Source: Narcine bancroftii (lineage: Eukaryota). From it: a stretch of 64,000 bases of DNA. How positions within the stretch are numbered: position 1 is the first letter of the stretch; every line of letters starts with the position of its first letter. The notes beneath the pieces were generated by a model. The model was not told the origin of the DNA and did no database searches. It saw nothing but the letters and a program-made list of their open reading frames with translations. The stretch covers positions 89,404,001 to 89,468,000 of the forward strand of contig NC_091477.1 of assembly GCF_036971445.1 (NCBI RefSeq). Direction: 5' to 3'. Below, piece after piece: positions 26,515-39,814 of the stretch. Made by a program: the position numbers and the translations under genes.

Positions 26515-27528
26515 CATCAGATTTATTGTCAGAGTACAAACATCACGTACAATCCTGAGATCCTTTTTCCTGTGGGTGAGGCAGAATTACCACTTATTTG
26601 TAGTGAAAAAAACTGTACACAACATACACATGTAAATAAATAAAGGACAGTAACAGATAATGAATGTAAACAAATTGTGCAATAAAGAGAGAATAAAATA
26701 ATCAATAAAATGCAAAAGTAAGAGTCCTTAAATGAGTCCCTGATTGAGTTTGTTATTGAGTCTGATGGTGAACGGGTAGTAGCTATTCTTGTAGCTGGTC
26801 GTGAGAGTCTTGAGGCACCTATATCTCTTTCCTGATGGTAGCAACGAGAACAGAGCTTATTCTGGGTGATGTGGATCCTTGATGATTGCTGCTGTGCTCT
26901 GACAACAGCATTCTCTGCAGATATTCTCAATAGTGGGGAGGGTTTTGCTTGTCATGTCCTGGCTGTGTCCAGTACTTATGGAGGGCTTTACACTCAGGGG
27001 TATTGGTGTCCCCATGTCAGACCATGATGCAACCGGTCAGCACACTTTCCACCTCATATCTGTAGAAATTTTCCAGGATTTCTGGTGTCATATCAAATCA
27101 CCACAAACTTCTGAGGAAATAGAGGCACTGATGTGCATTCTTCACGATGCCATTGGTCTGTTGGGTCCAGGAAAGATCCTCCAAGATGAGACTGCCAAAA
27201 TTTAAATTTTCTCACCCTCTCCATCTCTGATCCCCTAATGATCGAATACCTCTGGATTTCCCTTCCTGAAGTCAACAATCAGCTCCTTAGTTTTGGTGAC
27301 ATTGAGTGCAAGGTTGTTGTTGGGGCACCATTCAGCCAAGTTTCAATCTCCATTCTGTATGCTGACTCATTGCCTTTCCTTGTACAACCCACTATTGGTT
27401 GTATTGTCAGCAAATTTATAGATAGTGTTATTGTTGAGCTGAGCCACACAGTCGTAAAGTGAGTAGAGCAGGGGGCTAAAAACGCAGCTCTGTGGTGCTC
27501 TGGTACTGATGGAGATTGTGGAGGAGAT
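26515..27528 (-). mobile_element. Rex1/Babar-type LINE 3' fragment
   Basis: Same RT C-terminal motifs (GNESAYRMEIE) and the same 3' tail as 25335-26167, on the opposite strand. Confidence 0.8.
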
Positions 27529-28502
27529 CCACATAAATAATTCACTGCTGATGTATTAAAAAATATTACTTGTTACTTAATCTGAGGCATAAACCTAGTT
27601 CCATTTTGTATTGTTAACCACTGATAATTCAGCTCATACGTGCAATCCAGTTGCTCTGCTGCTCTTGTATGTCAGCAAGAGAAGATGTCTTAGTTCCAGT
27701 TATATATGTTGGCACATTAAACTTTGGAGTATAGGAGGGGGTGTGTATATTTTTTTAAAAACATATGTTCCATCTGTTGAGACATTTGATGCATTGTATT
27801 AGCCACCGCTGTTAGTTGATTCCTGTCTGCATCATCAAGGGATATTTTGCTGGCTGGTCTATCACTTAATGAACAGTGAGTTTGGGAGGTTGACTGTCAG
27901 AAGAAGTAGTTAGGCAATAATTGTGAGTTAGGAAAACAGGGTTCTCCAATTAAAATGATGACAATGGGCATTATTTGGATTCAAAGTTGAAGAAAAACAG
28001 GAGGTCCAGTGCATGGAGCAAGTGGAAATGTTTGCTCAGAGCAAGTGATATGGTTGAGGTTCAAGGGAGGGGGCAGGTGAGAGTGTGGCAACCCACTTAC
28101 CAGCACGTGAACCGGCTCCCAAAATGGGGGACATGCTGCATAAAATGTGGGAAATTGACCTGCATCCAACACGGATTTTTATCTGAGCTTATGACATTAC
28201 TGATGATCTCACTTCCTGTCCATGTGACAGAAGAAGTGATGTATATAAGCCCAGCATGCAAGCCTGGAGGTGTCAGCCTTGTAATAGACTCCACAGCATG
28301 TACATTGTCTTCCCCGCATATACATCACCTCGACAACGTGTACATTGACGACTATATAGGTATAGAATACTTTGCTACAAGAGCACAATAAATTAAAAGT
28401 GTCCACACTGAACAGGTGGAAAGCACTAATGATGCTGTTGTAGGATCTGAGACATTAAATATTTCTGGGTTTATTGGGACCACAAATGATGAGGTTAAAG
28501 CA

Positions 28503-29670
28503 TGAAAGCCTTCAGATGCTGTTATTGTAGTAAAAACACACTGAAATGCTGGAGGAACTCAGCCGGTATTTGTTTCCACAAAAGGCAAAGATATATTGCT
28601 GATGTTTCGGGCCTGAGCTCTTCAAGGAATAAGCAGAATGAGTCAAAAGCAGAAAATCTCAGAATTCAGTCACTGCTGACTGGGGGGGGGGGGGGGGGGG
28701 GGGGGCATCGAGACCATCAAAAAGTGATCAATGGATAAGGGGAGAAGTGAGAATTTTTCAAGTCTATGTGAAAAGAGACAGGAAAGGGAGAGACAGAGCT
28801 GGGGTGGGGGGGGGCTTTAACGAAATCCACAGGTCGATATTAATGCCATCCGGTTGGAGGGTCCCTCGTCAGAATATGAGCTGTTGTTGCTCCAATTTGC
28901 GGGTGGTCTTAGTCTGACAGTGCATGAGACCATAGACAGAAATGTCAGCAAAGGAATGGGATGGGGAATTGAAATGGGTGGCCACTGGGAGATCCACACT
29001 ATCGTAGTGGACAGAGATGAGATGCTCCACATTCTGCGCCCAGTCTCTCCAATCTAGAGGAGACCACAATGGGAGCACCGAGGAGATGCTCCATATACCT
29101 ACACCTCATCCCTTACTTCCACTCAGGGCCCCAAACATGCATCCGGTGCTCCCATTGTTGTCTTCTCTACATCAGAGAGAGTCGCAGACCGGGAGATTGC
29201 TTTATTGAGCAATTTGGCTTTGTCTGCCACCATAGTGTTGATCTCCTAGTGGCCACCCATTTCAATTCCCCATCCCATTCCTTTGCTGACATGCACTGCC
29301 AGACTGATACCACTCACAAATCAGAGGAACAACATCTAATCTTCCAACTGGGCACCTTCCAACAAGATGGCATTAATTAATATTGACTTCTCTGGGTTTT
29401 CTTAAATCCCCTCCCCACCTCACTTTTCCTGTCATCTTGCCCCAGCTGTCTCTCCCTTCCCTGTTTCCTTTCACACAGACAATATAAATTCTCACCTCTC
29501 CCCTATCATACCCATTTAGCACCTTTTTGATGATCTGGATTCCACCCCCAAACAGCACTGTCTGAATTCTGAGATTTTCTGCTCTTGGCTCATTCTCCTT
29601 ATTCCCGAAACTCCGGCAAAATAACTGTCTTTTATGAAAGCTAACTGCATCTCGGTGTGTTTTTACCACT
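28503..29670. mobile_element. Penelope-like element remnant arranged as two inverted arms (- arm about 28503-29050, + arm about 29085-29670)
   Basis: Both arms encode the GIY-YIG C-terminal motifs VATHFNSPSHS..EEQHLIF/EQQQLIF and share the 3' sequence CTGAATTCTGAGATTTTCTGCT in opposite orientations. Confidence 0.8.
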
Positions 29671-30569
29671 AATGATGAGGCTCCTTGCAATACATTGTAG
29701 CCCAGCATGTTCCCATGAGAACTACATTTTGGGACAGTTATGGTTTTATTGAACAGATGGTAATCTTAAAAACAGGCAGAAAGATGTAAATATTGTTCAG
29801 CATTGATTATTATGTATGAAATAACCTTTAGCATTTGTTCAGTATGAAGTTTACAGTACTATTTGCAAAGGTTTTTAGATTATCTATACTTTGTGTTAAA
29901 CTCTGGTGGAAAATTTTAATAGCAACAGCTTTCTGCTAATCAAGACATCAGAAAAAGGCTGTGGTGGAAGTGTGTGTGTGCCCGCACGTGCAGTTCGCTG
30001 AATACTTTTGCTGGTGCAAATAAGCCCACTGTTTAAAAAGGCATTTGTTGAATAAAGTTCCATTGATTCAGAATGGTTGTAATTTGAAATAGTCCTGAGG
30101 TTTGCTTTTGCTCCCTAATTCAGCACAACTTGGAATTAGAAATAATTTCACCTTTAGTTGAAGTCAGGTTTCATTACACAGAACCAACTCTGTGCTCCTT
30201 TGGGAAAAGGAGATCTGTCTCAGCCAGTTATCTTAAAATGGCTTCTGACAGAATAGTGACTCTTATTAGCCATGATTTCATGAGGTGACACCATTTTCTT
30301 TGCTGCGCTGGGAGCCTTTGAGATGTAAATTAGATATTCTGACACATATGAGTCCATAATAATTGACTGATAAAGGCATTCTTTATTGAAGACCATTAGT
30401 AAACAGTATATTAGGCAGAAATGTTGATGCACCTCAATTGATTTATGCTATATATTTAGAATTATAATTTTCTTTTTAACAAGTACATCCCATCATATCA
30501 AATGGCCATGGTCTATTCAGCAACTAAGATGATTTTTGAGCTCAGTAATTTTTTAATTGGATGCCCTAT

Positions 30570-31345
30570 ATGCAAGCACAAAATAATGGAGAAACTTAAC
30601 TGGTCAAACAGTGTCCTTTATGTATCAAAAGTTTTTTAAAAATATAGAACCGAGGGTTCAGGCTTGAGTTCTTCATCAAAGTATGGAGAAATGCTGGCAG
30701 GCCTCTGAATAAAAGGAGGGGGAGGGAGAAAGGCAGAAGATGAAAGGTGGAGAAGGGAGGGAAAAGACAGCAACAATATATCCACAGGACTAATTTACTG
30801 CATCCGGTGCTCCCTTTGTGGCTTTCTCTACATCACAGATTGAGAGTTCGTTTTACTGAGCACCAGAGACCTCCCAGTAGCCAACCATTTCAATTCTGAG
30901 TCACACTCCCATACCCACATGTCTGTCCTTGTATACTATCCTACACAAATTGGAGGAACACCACCTTATTTTCCATCTGGGCACTCTCCAGCCAGATGGC
31001 ATTAACAGCAACTTCTCTGCTTTCTACTAACCTGTTTGCCTTTTTTTCCCCTCCCCTTTCCAGTTCTCCCCCTCCCTTCCCCCTCCATCCACCCCCCATC
31101 CCTCCTCCCCCTGATTGCTTTGGTCCCCTCCCTCCCTTCACCTATCATCTCCTGCCTTCCCCCCCCCCCACCCTTTTGTCTGAATTCCTGCCAACATTGT
31201 TCCATTCCTTGTCGAAAGGCTCAAGCCCAAAACATCCATTATTTATTTTTACCTTTGCTGCATTTACTGTTTGACCAGCTGAGTTTGTCCAGCATTTTTG
31301 TAGTTTTACTTCAACCTTAGTGTCTACAGATTTTCGTGATTTACT
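30570..31345. mobile_element. Penelope-like element remnant with an inverted terminal segment
   Basis: The + part has IYCIRCSLCGFLYI, ANHFNS and LEEHHLIFHLGTLQPDGIN. The segment 30575-30770 is the reverse complement of its 3' end. Confidence 0.75.
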
Positions 31346-31723
31346 GCCCTATATGTAAACACTGCCATGGTCAAAATCTCCCATGCAATGATACTTTTCA
31401 ATTTGAAGCATTCTTGACATTAATGGAAATTAACAAATGTTTAAAGTATTCAGAGAAAAACTACTACTGTACAGTTACTTGCAGATGTTATGTAAATAAA
31501 ATGCTGTGAAGTATTTTTATACAATTACCTGATTTTGTAGCATTCTCATCTGAGTCAAAAGCTCAAATACACGCGAAAGGCTTGAGCACAAAATCTACCT
31601 GCAATTTCAAAGCTGTACTGTGAGACTGCAGTACCTTCTGTGCTATGATTAAGCGTGTGTAAACATTCACATTGCTCCTTTTTGACAGTAGTGTTGTGGT
31701 GATCTCTCTAGTGCTGGGACCAA

Positions 31724-32989
31724 TGTTATTGTTCATCATTCATAGTTGAAGATGACCATGACTTCAAAATCAAATGGGAGATTGGTGGCCGTGGGTCCGG
31801 AAATGACTGGTGAGGCCAATCTGGGCCCTGAAGGCTCACCCATATGTGGGACACAAGTGGGTGGGTGCTGTCATGGCAGTGGATGTTGCTCAGGCCTTGT
31901 AGACAGTGCGCTTTCGTTGCGCCTGACTTCAGCTGCAAGGGCTCCTTTGGTGATCTTGGTGCGCCAAACTGGACAGTCGAGGGCAAGCATCTCCCATGTG
32001 TTGATGTCGACACCCAGGCCTTTGAAGGATGCTTTGAGGCAGTCTTTGTAACATTTCTTCTGCCCAACCCCCCCCCCCCCCCCCAACTGAGCACTTGCCC
32101 TGGCACAGTTCTCTGTAAAGCAGCTGCTTAGGCAATTGGCTGTCTGGCATTCCCACCTGGCTTGGGTTTTCAGCAGGAGGGTGTAGACGCTGCAGAGCCC
32201 AGCTCATTCTAGGTTTTCCGTGTCAGGGTCTTTGACCTGCCACCTGATATGGAGGAGACAGAGGTGAAAGTGGTTGAGCTGTTTGGCATGTCTGCTGAAG
32301 ACAGTCCAAGTCTTGCTGGCATAAAGGAGGGTGGTAGGAACCACTGCACAGTAGACCTTCAGCTTGGTGGTAAGGCTGAGTCCTCTCTGCTCCCAGATAT
32401 TCTCACAGAGTCTCCCAAAGGTGACGCTGGCTTTGGCAATCCTGTTGTTGACCTCAGTGTCTATGTTCACTGTGCAAGAGAGTATGCTGCCCAGGTAGGT
32501 GAAGTTGTCGACTGCCTGGAGTTTCTGGCCCTTCACCGTGATGCGCGGCTCCTGATATGGCTTTCCTGGAGCAGGCTGGTACATAACTTTGGTCTTTTTA
32601 GTGCTGAAAGTGAGACCAAAATTGTCACAGGCTTGTGAGAAGCAGTCCATTTCATGCTGCATCTTCTGCTTTGTGCTGGCATTGAATGTGCAATCAAGGA
32701 GTCTCTGATGACAGTCTCTTGCATCTTTGTTACCGCCTACAGGCGCCTAAGGTTGAACAACCTGCCGTCAGTCCTGTACCTGGCATGGAATCCTTCTTCA
32801 TAGTTACAGAAGGCATCTGTCAGTATGGCAGAGAATACCATACTGAACAGAGCCGGGGCGAGAACGCAGCCTTGTTTGATGCCATTTGTCACTGGGAAGG
32901 GCTCATCGTCGTCATCCAGAGCTTTCACCATCGTACCGTCGTGGAACTGCCGGACGATTGTGATGAACTTGCTGGGGCAGCCAAACTTT
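31724..32989 (-). mobile_element. Older 5'-truncated RTE-clade LINE
   Basis: PFPVTNGIKQGCVLAPALF, KKTKVMYQPAPG and FTYLGS; frameshifted; 12-bp TSD TGCTGGGACCAA (31712-31723 and 32990-33001). Confidence 0.88.
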
Positions 32990-35900
32990 TGCTGGGACCA
33001 ACCAATAATTATCTCTTAATTAACTTTTCTAGAGAAGTTTATCTGGTCATTTCTGCATTAATGTTTGTGGAAATTTACCAATTAACAAGACATGATAATA
33101 ACTTCATTTGGGGCAATTGTTATTCCATCAAGATTTAATAATGAACATAAATTTTCTTGTAACCTCAAAATATTTTAACCAGCAAAGGTTCCTCTAATTT
33201 CCTTAGCTGATCTTTAGGTTAAAATATCTTTTAATCAAATCAAGCATTATATTTTATTTGGAATATACATACCAGATTTTTAATTTTTTTTATCATAGGC
33301 TATGGTAACCATTCATTTTGGTAGACCTCCCATTCCTGATGATTCAGACCATTTGCTATTTATACACATCTTTCAGCAATTGAATGGAACTTCTAGGATT
33401 CAAATGGAAAATCCTTGGTGCACCAACCATTGCAAAATGAATTGAATGACTACATTACTTGAGGCTAAGTGCTGTATCTTCTACAAATGGAAGCTGAGCA
33501 CTAATCAAGCAGGTGACAAGATGACATTCAGATAAAACAACTAAACAATCAGTTATACTTGAATATTGAGTAGATCGTTCAGCCCTTTGGGTCAAATCCA
33601 GCATTTGAACTCGACATTGATTATTCATTTTAGTACTTTGTTCCTGTCTTCTCCGACCTCGTATTTCTTGATCGTATTAGCATTAAGAAACTTTGACAGG
33701 ATCAAGTATTTGAAGAATAGAATAAAAACCTGAGTGCTATTTATGTTGATTAAGAAATCTTGATTTATTATCATTACTTCAAACTGCTTTACAATCAGTA
33801 CAGCCACTCGTATAATTTTTGCACTGTAATTTCACACACACAATCAACAATGTGGAAATGACCAGATCAGCTGCTAGAGAAAAGTTATTTATCGGTAAGT
33901 ATTGGCCAGGACACCAGGAATATTGTCATTATTTTTCAGTCAAAACAGCCATGACCGCTTCTACAATCACCTGAGAGGTCAGACCTCACTGAGTTTTTCT
34001 ACTGCCTTTTTTCCACATTTTTGGTGAATTGACTTCCATTGCCTTCTGTGGAAGAGAAGCCCTCTGAAATCTCAGTTCTCAATGGCATACCCCATATTTT
34101 GAGGCTGTGATCCCAGTTCTGGACTCTCCAGCCAGAGGCCACTCTCTATATCTAGTCAGCCTAACTCTGTTAGAATAGTTCTGTGAGTTTCCTTCTTATT
34201 ATGCTTTCCCTTCCTTCGTGTACCCTTAGTATTTTAATTTCACCAACAGATGCTGCAACAAGAATGATGCATGAATGAAGATTATTGTTGTTATTGGGAA
34301 TCAATAATTTTTCCTGAAAGACATCTTTGCAGTGACAGTTCAGCAGTGTCGTAACCCCATGTGTCTTCAGCTATTTCAATAATGACCTTTCTTTCATCAT
34401 GAAGCCAGAAGTTGGAATGTTAATTGATGATTACACAATATTCAATTCCATTCATAAACACCTCAGAAAGTAAAGCACCCTTTGCCTGAATACAGAAAAA
34501 TCCAGGCACCACTTGTGCTTGGACTAATCAGCCACAAATAATATTTGTGTCATTCAATTCCCAAGCATGATGCCTGAAATGATGAGCATTTCTGAATTTA
34601 TTTCAGATTTCTGGCACCTGTGGGGCATTTTTGTGATTAGATTTTGGTCTTTAACTATGCCTTTTGAGTAATGTATATTGAGCCCAATGATCTCCTCTTC
34701 TGCTTGAGATCCTTGCTATTTTCCAAATTAGAAATTCAGATAGATGATCCATCTTTGTGTTGTGTGTTGCCCTATCTTTGCTTGAAACAAAATAATCTGA
34801 TTTTAACAGGCCATGCACCAAAAGCAATGGAAGAAAAATAAATATCTTTCTCAAAAATTATTGCACTGGGCATGCAGTATGGTCTTGGAGCTCCAATTTG
34901 GACTTGCCTTGTGGAAGTCCTTCGAATCGTAAAACTATAAATTTAAAAATAAGCATTCCATCCTCAGAGGGCATGCCTCAAGATTGCTCAGTTGAATTGT
35001 TAGCTTGCGAGAAGTGGCATTGACCAGTCCTCCTCCAAGAACATATCCACATATTCAATTGAATTCTTACCCCAAGTCATTGAGTCATGAATATCGCAAA
35101 ACAGCATCTCACAAGTAACATTCTGTCTAGCATTTCCCTTCCTCAGGTATATGGCTCTTTGAAATTACTGGGATAATTACAGTTAGCCAGTTGATTTCCC
35201 ATTCCATGATCTGAGATATCATCTTATTGAACAGCTTTGATAAAACATTTTGTTATTTTACAGAAAGCTTATTCATGAAGTCATTACTCCTCAGCCCGTC
35301 GAGGTCATCGTGTGGAGTTTAGAATTGCTGTGTTGCTTGTTTTAAACAGATAGCTCTTGAGATTCTATGATGCACACACATATGCTTTGCTTGATTTGGC
35401 CTAATGGTCTTAATTAGCTATCTTCCATGGAAACCATTTAATGCAATTTTGTATTGATTCTTTAAGAGTTAACCTACATTCTGGAGCGACAGATTGGTGG
35501 GAACAGATTAGCTGCTTCAAAAATGCTTTCATTGTAACTGTGTCTACCTTCTGATTAAATGAGTTCAGAGATGGGATTCATTTGTCAGTTGACTTCAATT
35601 GATTTCAAAGGGGCCCAAATATGAAATCTGTATGTTCATTCATAAATTTATCTCAGTATAAAATTAGTTTAATCAAACAAGAACTACTTTGTATTGTAAA
35701 TGTTTCCACAAAATGTAAGTGTTAAACAAGAAACGAGTTTCAGATATGTTTTTTCGATAATGAATTATTTATAGATATACAGTAAACTGTAATGTAAAGT
35801 GTAATATACAGACACCTGCCAAATATGAATACTGAAATTGCATGTTTTTACTTAGTAAAATTTACCAAGAGAAAGAATGTCTATTTGTTAAAAAGTTTCA

Positions 35901-36981
35901 GTTTAAAGCATTCTTCATAAAGGTCAAACTAGTTTTCAGGCACTGCAAAAAAAAGTACAAATTAAGAAAGCTTGATAAGTTTATCATGAAAAAATAATTT
36001 CCATTCATTCATTTGAAAAAATTTTTGTGAATAACTTGCAGGTATGATTTTAATTTGTTGGCAGCATTAGTTTCTGTGATTTTTGTCTATGGAAAGACAG
36101 CTATTTCTTAATCTTATGAGCCTCAGGAACAGGGCTTGCTCCCAAGTGCCTTTCATGCCAATACCATTTCTGGATCCTGCAAGTAACTGGTGTTATTCTC
36201 TATCTTTTAAAGTACAGAATTAGAAATGTTGTATGTAATGATATTTTGAAGTTTAACTTTTTGTGGTGTCCAGTAAATTCCTTAGATTCAGATGATAGAG
36301 ATGTTGTGATCTTGAAAAGATTGACAGAAAAGTTATGTTTATAATCCTATAGGCCTGAACACTTTGGCAGATTTAACTGTTGGTTTCCATGGGTTGTCCA
36401 AACTAAGTCTCCACAGCTTTGCTGATCACTGGACTCTGTTCAGTCTATTTTTATCCCTTACTAAATGTGACAGGGTGAAAAAGAACTGCCTTTCTCATTT
36501 AGCTGCAGCACATTCTGCGAGCAATGAATTCTGGGTGCAATCAACTGGCTGCAGCTTAATGGGAAGCCTTTTCCTTTATTAGGTAAAAACCACACACCGT
36601 TGAGTTTTTCTTCAAGCAGTTTCTGGCAGGATTTATTGCAAGGAAGATGTTGGTCGACAGCAGGGAGGCATCGGACTCCAGAAAGACTGATTTTAGCAGT
36701 GTTTCTGTCAAATTCTTTTTTCAGCATGGTGCAAGGAAAATGTGATAAAACCCAGGAGTTTGTCTTGTTAGAGCAGAAACCAAGAATCCCAGAAGATTTT
36801 TCTTAATTATATTCTGAAAAGCAGTCAAAGACCATTTTTTATTCGGAGAGCAATAAAGCGAGAAACAAAAATATTGATCAAAAATTTGAATAGATTTGAG
36901 TTGTGGACAAATTGAAATCATTCGATCAACATGTAAACTCAAGCCCTCATGAGAACTCTGTGGAATTTGAACTGCTGCAGC

Positions 36982-37059
36982 ATGTCTGTGAACAGTGATG
37001 GGATAAATCAGATCTTCAGGAATGTGACAGCTGCAGATCTGGTGGCCAGTTATAAAACG
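36982..37059 (+). CDS. SCHIP1: Probable second alternative first coding exon of SCHIP1 (MSVNSDGINQIFRNVTAADLVASYKT); a possible in-frame upstream ATG at 36949 adds MRTLWNLNCCS
   Basis: 26 open codons from an ATG with A at -3, ending at the phase-0 donor ACG|gtaaat, which is compatible with the phase-0 acceptor at 54761. It sits in a repeat-free stretch, and RNVTAAD resembles a vertebrate SCHIP1 isoform N-terminus I recall (not verified). Confidence 0.7.
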
Positions 37060-37704
37060 GTAAATCTAAAGTTTTGTGATAAGTTAGCATTTGGCTCTTC
37101 TGTCAATGGAGACAAGTTGTAAAACTTCAGTCTGTCTCTGGGAATCGCTGTGTACTGACAAGATTCTTCAGTGAATTGAAAATTAAATGAATACTTGACT
37201 GTCATTCTCAAATGTTCAATTAATAACTTAAAATTATTTTCAAAACATTTGCAGTGGCTTTACCACAAAATTATTTAACTGGGAAACTTGTATTTTAGTT
37301 CATTGAACAATTACGATCTTTCATCAAAGACCCAGGTAGAATCATGCTTCATAAAAATACATACAATGTTATTATTTTTATCCTTCCCACCATTTTATTT
37401 CCTCTCTCACCCCACTAGCACCTGCTTTTTCCCTCTGCACTTCCTCCCCCACCCCAGCACTTTCAATGACGGCTAAAATGAGGCTTAATAAGATGTAATG
37501 TTTAGTAAAAGTGACTATTTTAAAATCATTATCAACGATTTTAATTTTCTTAGTGATAATGGCTAGCATTTCATTTCATTATTGTGCAAGAAGTGTAAAG
37601 GTATTGTGCAATAAACTGAGATTAACATTGTATATATTTGTAAACTTATTCATGCAGGTTTAGTTAACCCAATGCTAAAGGAAACAGAATAGGATTTTCT
37701 AGTT

Positions 37705-38180
37705 TTGGGAAAGATGATGTCAAGTTGGAGAGGGTGCTGAGGTTTAAGAGGATGTTGTTTGAACTTGGGAGCCTGAGCTATAGTGAGAGGTTTAGCAGGC
37801 TGGGGCTTTATGCTCTGTTAAGCATTGGGAAGATGAGATGTGATCTCAAAGACATGCACACAATCTTGAGAGGAAATGATCGAGTTGGATGCACAGTCTG
37901 TTGCCCAAAATAGAGGAATTTGTGACCAGAGGATATAGGTTTAAGGTGTTAGAGATTTAGTGGGAACCTGAGGATGGTGGATGCATGGTACAAGCTGCTG
38001 GAGGAAGAAATTTAGGCTGTTACTATTTACATCATTGGAGAAGTATTTGGATGGGTGCTTGGAAAGGTTAGGTTTCGAGGGACGTGCTCTGTGGAGGCAA
38101 GTGAATCGAGTCTGGGTGGGATATTTTGGTCACCATGGGCAGGTTGGGCTGAAAGGCCTGTCTCCACGCTTTGACTCTGA
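37705..38180 (+). mobile_element. Decayed CR1 3' fragment
   Basis: LSYSERFSRLGLY motif and the CR1 tail GGGCTGAAAGGCCTGTCTCC. Confidence 0.75.
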
Positions 38181-38989
38181 ATACATAACACATTTCATGT
38201 TAATGTTTTTGACATTGTTTTACATTGATTTTTCTTGCTTTAGAAAGTTTTATTCTGTTCATAAGAAACACCTTTAAAATGCAAATTAGGTTAGTGGGAA
38301 TGCAAGCAAATAGCATACCCTTTCTGTTTATTCTTGGCATGTGGGCCACATTATAGAAAAGTCTGCATCGCTAATGGCTGGTTGCTCTGTGGGCAAGAAC
38401 ATTTAATTACTTTATATATGAATGTGCACATAGACAAAATCAGCATGGGATTGCATTCTGTTGTTTGAAGAACACCAATGCATAGCTGGATTTTATGGCA
38501 TTGTGTCAGTTTCTGAAAATCATATTTAGTTTGCCAGGTTAAACTTGATATTATTTGGCATTTCATTTGTGATGGAGGGAAATACAAATATATAAAAAAA
38601 AAACAAAATCTGCCCTGATGGTGTACATCTGAAATAAAAACAGAAGAAATTCTCAACAGGTCAGGCAGCATCGATAGAGAGATAATGCTTCAGGTCAATG
38701 ACCTTGGCATCAGAGCAAATATTTTTTAATAATTTAGTAAATATGGCAAGCAAAATTCAGTATAGTTTGCTAAGTAGTTGATGGCCCAGTTCAAACCACA
38801 TTGTCAGAAAACATGGACAGGATAATTCCAATTTCATCAGACCAAGAGAAAGTTTGCAATTTACAGAGGTCTTCCTACTGACACTCTATCATCCTTTAAT
38901 TAGATTCTCAATTCAGGCAGGTGATAATTTAATCTGCTCTTTGAAAGTTAAGTTTTAAATTCAGAATATAAGAGTTGAATCTAACTCTG

Positions 38990-39215
38990 GGGTAGAACTG
39001 TAAGCATAGCAGCGGTCAGTGCAACACTTAAAGCGCCAGAGATCGGGACTTGGGTTCGAATCTCACAATGTCTATAAAGAGTTGTATATTCTCCCTGTGT
39101 CTGCGTGGGTTTCCTTCAGGTGCTTTGGTTTCCTCCACTGTTCAAGACGTGGGCAATTGGGTGGCATGGGCTCATGGGCTGAAATGCCCTGTTACTGTGC
39201 TGTTTGTCTAAATTT
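38990..39215 (+). mobile_element. tRNA-derived V-SINE (HE1-like)
   Basis: B-box GGTTCGAATC at about 39053, V-domain TTCTCCCTGTGTCTGCGTGGGTTTCC..GGTTTCCTCC, and a CR1-like tail. Confidence 0.75.
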
Positions 39216-39814
39216 AAAATTTAGAATGGTTGGAATTATGAATAAGGTGAGCTGTTGGAAATCTTCCTGCATATACCTCACTGGATACACAATTATGTCC
39301 ATGAAGAAAATAACAATTTGTTTTCAGAAGTGAATTTGATATCTGACTATCATTGAAGATTTTTTTGAGCAGTGCATTGAAACCCCAAACCCTAATATAC
39401 AACAGAAGAGCAAAGAGTTGACCTTGACGTAACAAATCTCAACCATTTCATTCTATTGCATGATCTTGCTTGCATATTGTTTTGTTGAAGACATTTGTTG
39501 GAAATTTTTGTGCCATTTATCCTATATCAGCATTAATTTTGGGAGGTGGCTCTAATTCCATTAAATTACATCTGCAAACTGGGAGAATCCCAACATAATT
39601 ATTGGAAGCTAATATTTGCAAGCAGCATTTTCTGATGGGCTTGCTTAATTAAGCCTAGATACAAAATCCAAATGGGCTGTTGACTGTATTAATAGGCATT
39701 CTACCCTTAAATGGTGTCTTGGTGCACTTTTTTTCCAGCATGTTATGATGTTGCTAGGAAAAATGCTTCCATGTTTTTTCAGCAACTGGAATATAAAATG
39801 GCAAGGTGTTTTAT

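Noticed and set aside
28682-28705. Long poly-G tract (also poly-C near 10306, 32068 and 61723) as functional G-quadruplexes
   Set aside because: Homopolymer slippage, mostly inside dead TEs, and the lengths are unreliable in assemblies.
39000-39070. tRNA gene
   Set aside because: The B-box belongs to a SINE head; no full cloverleaf.
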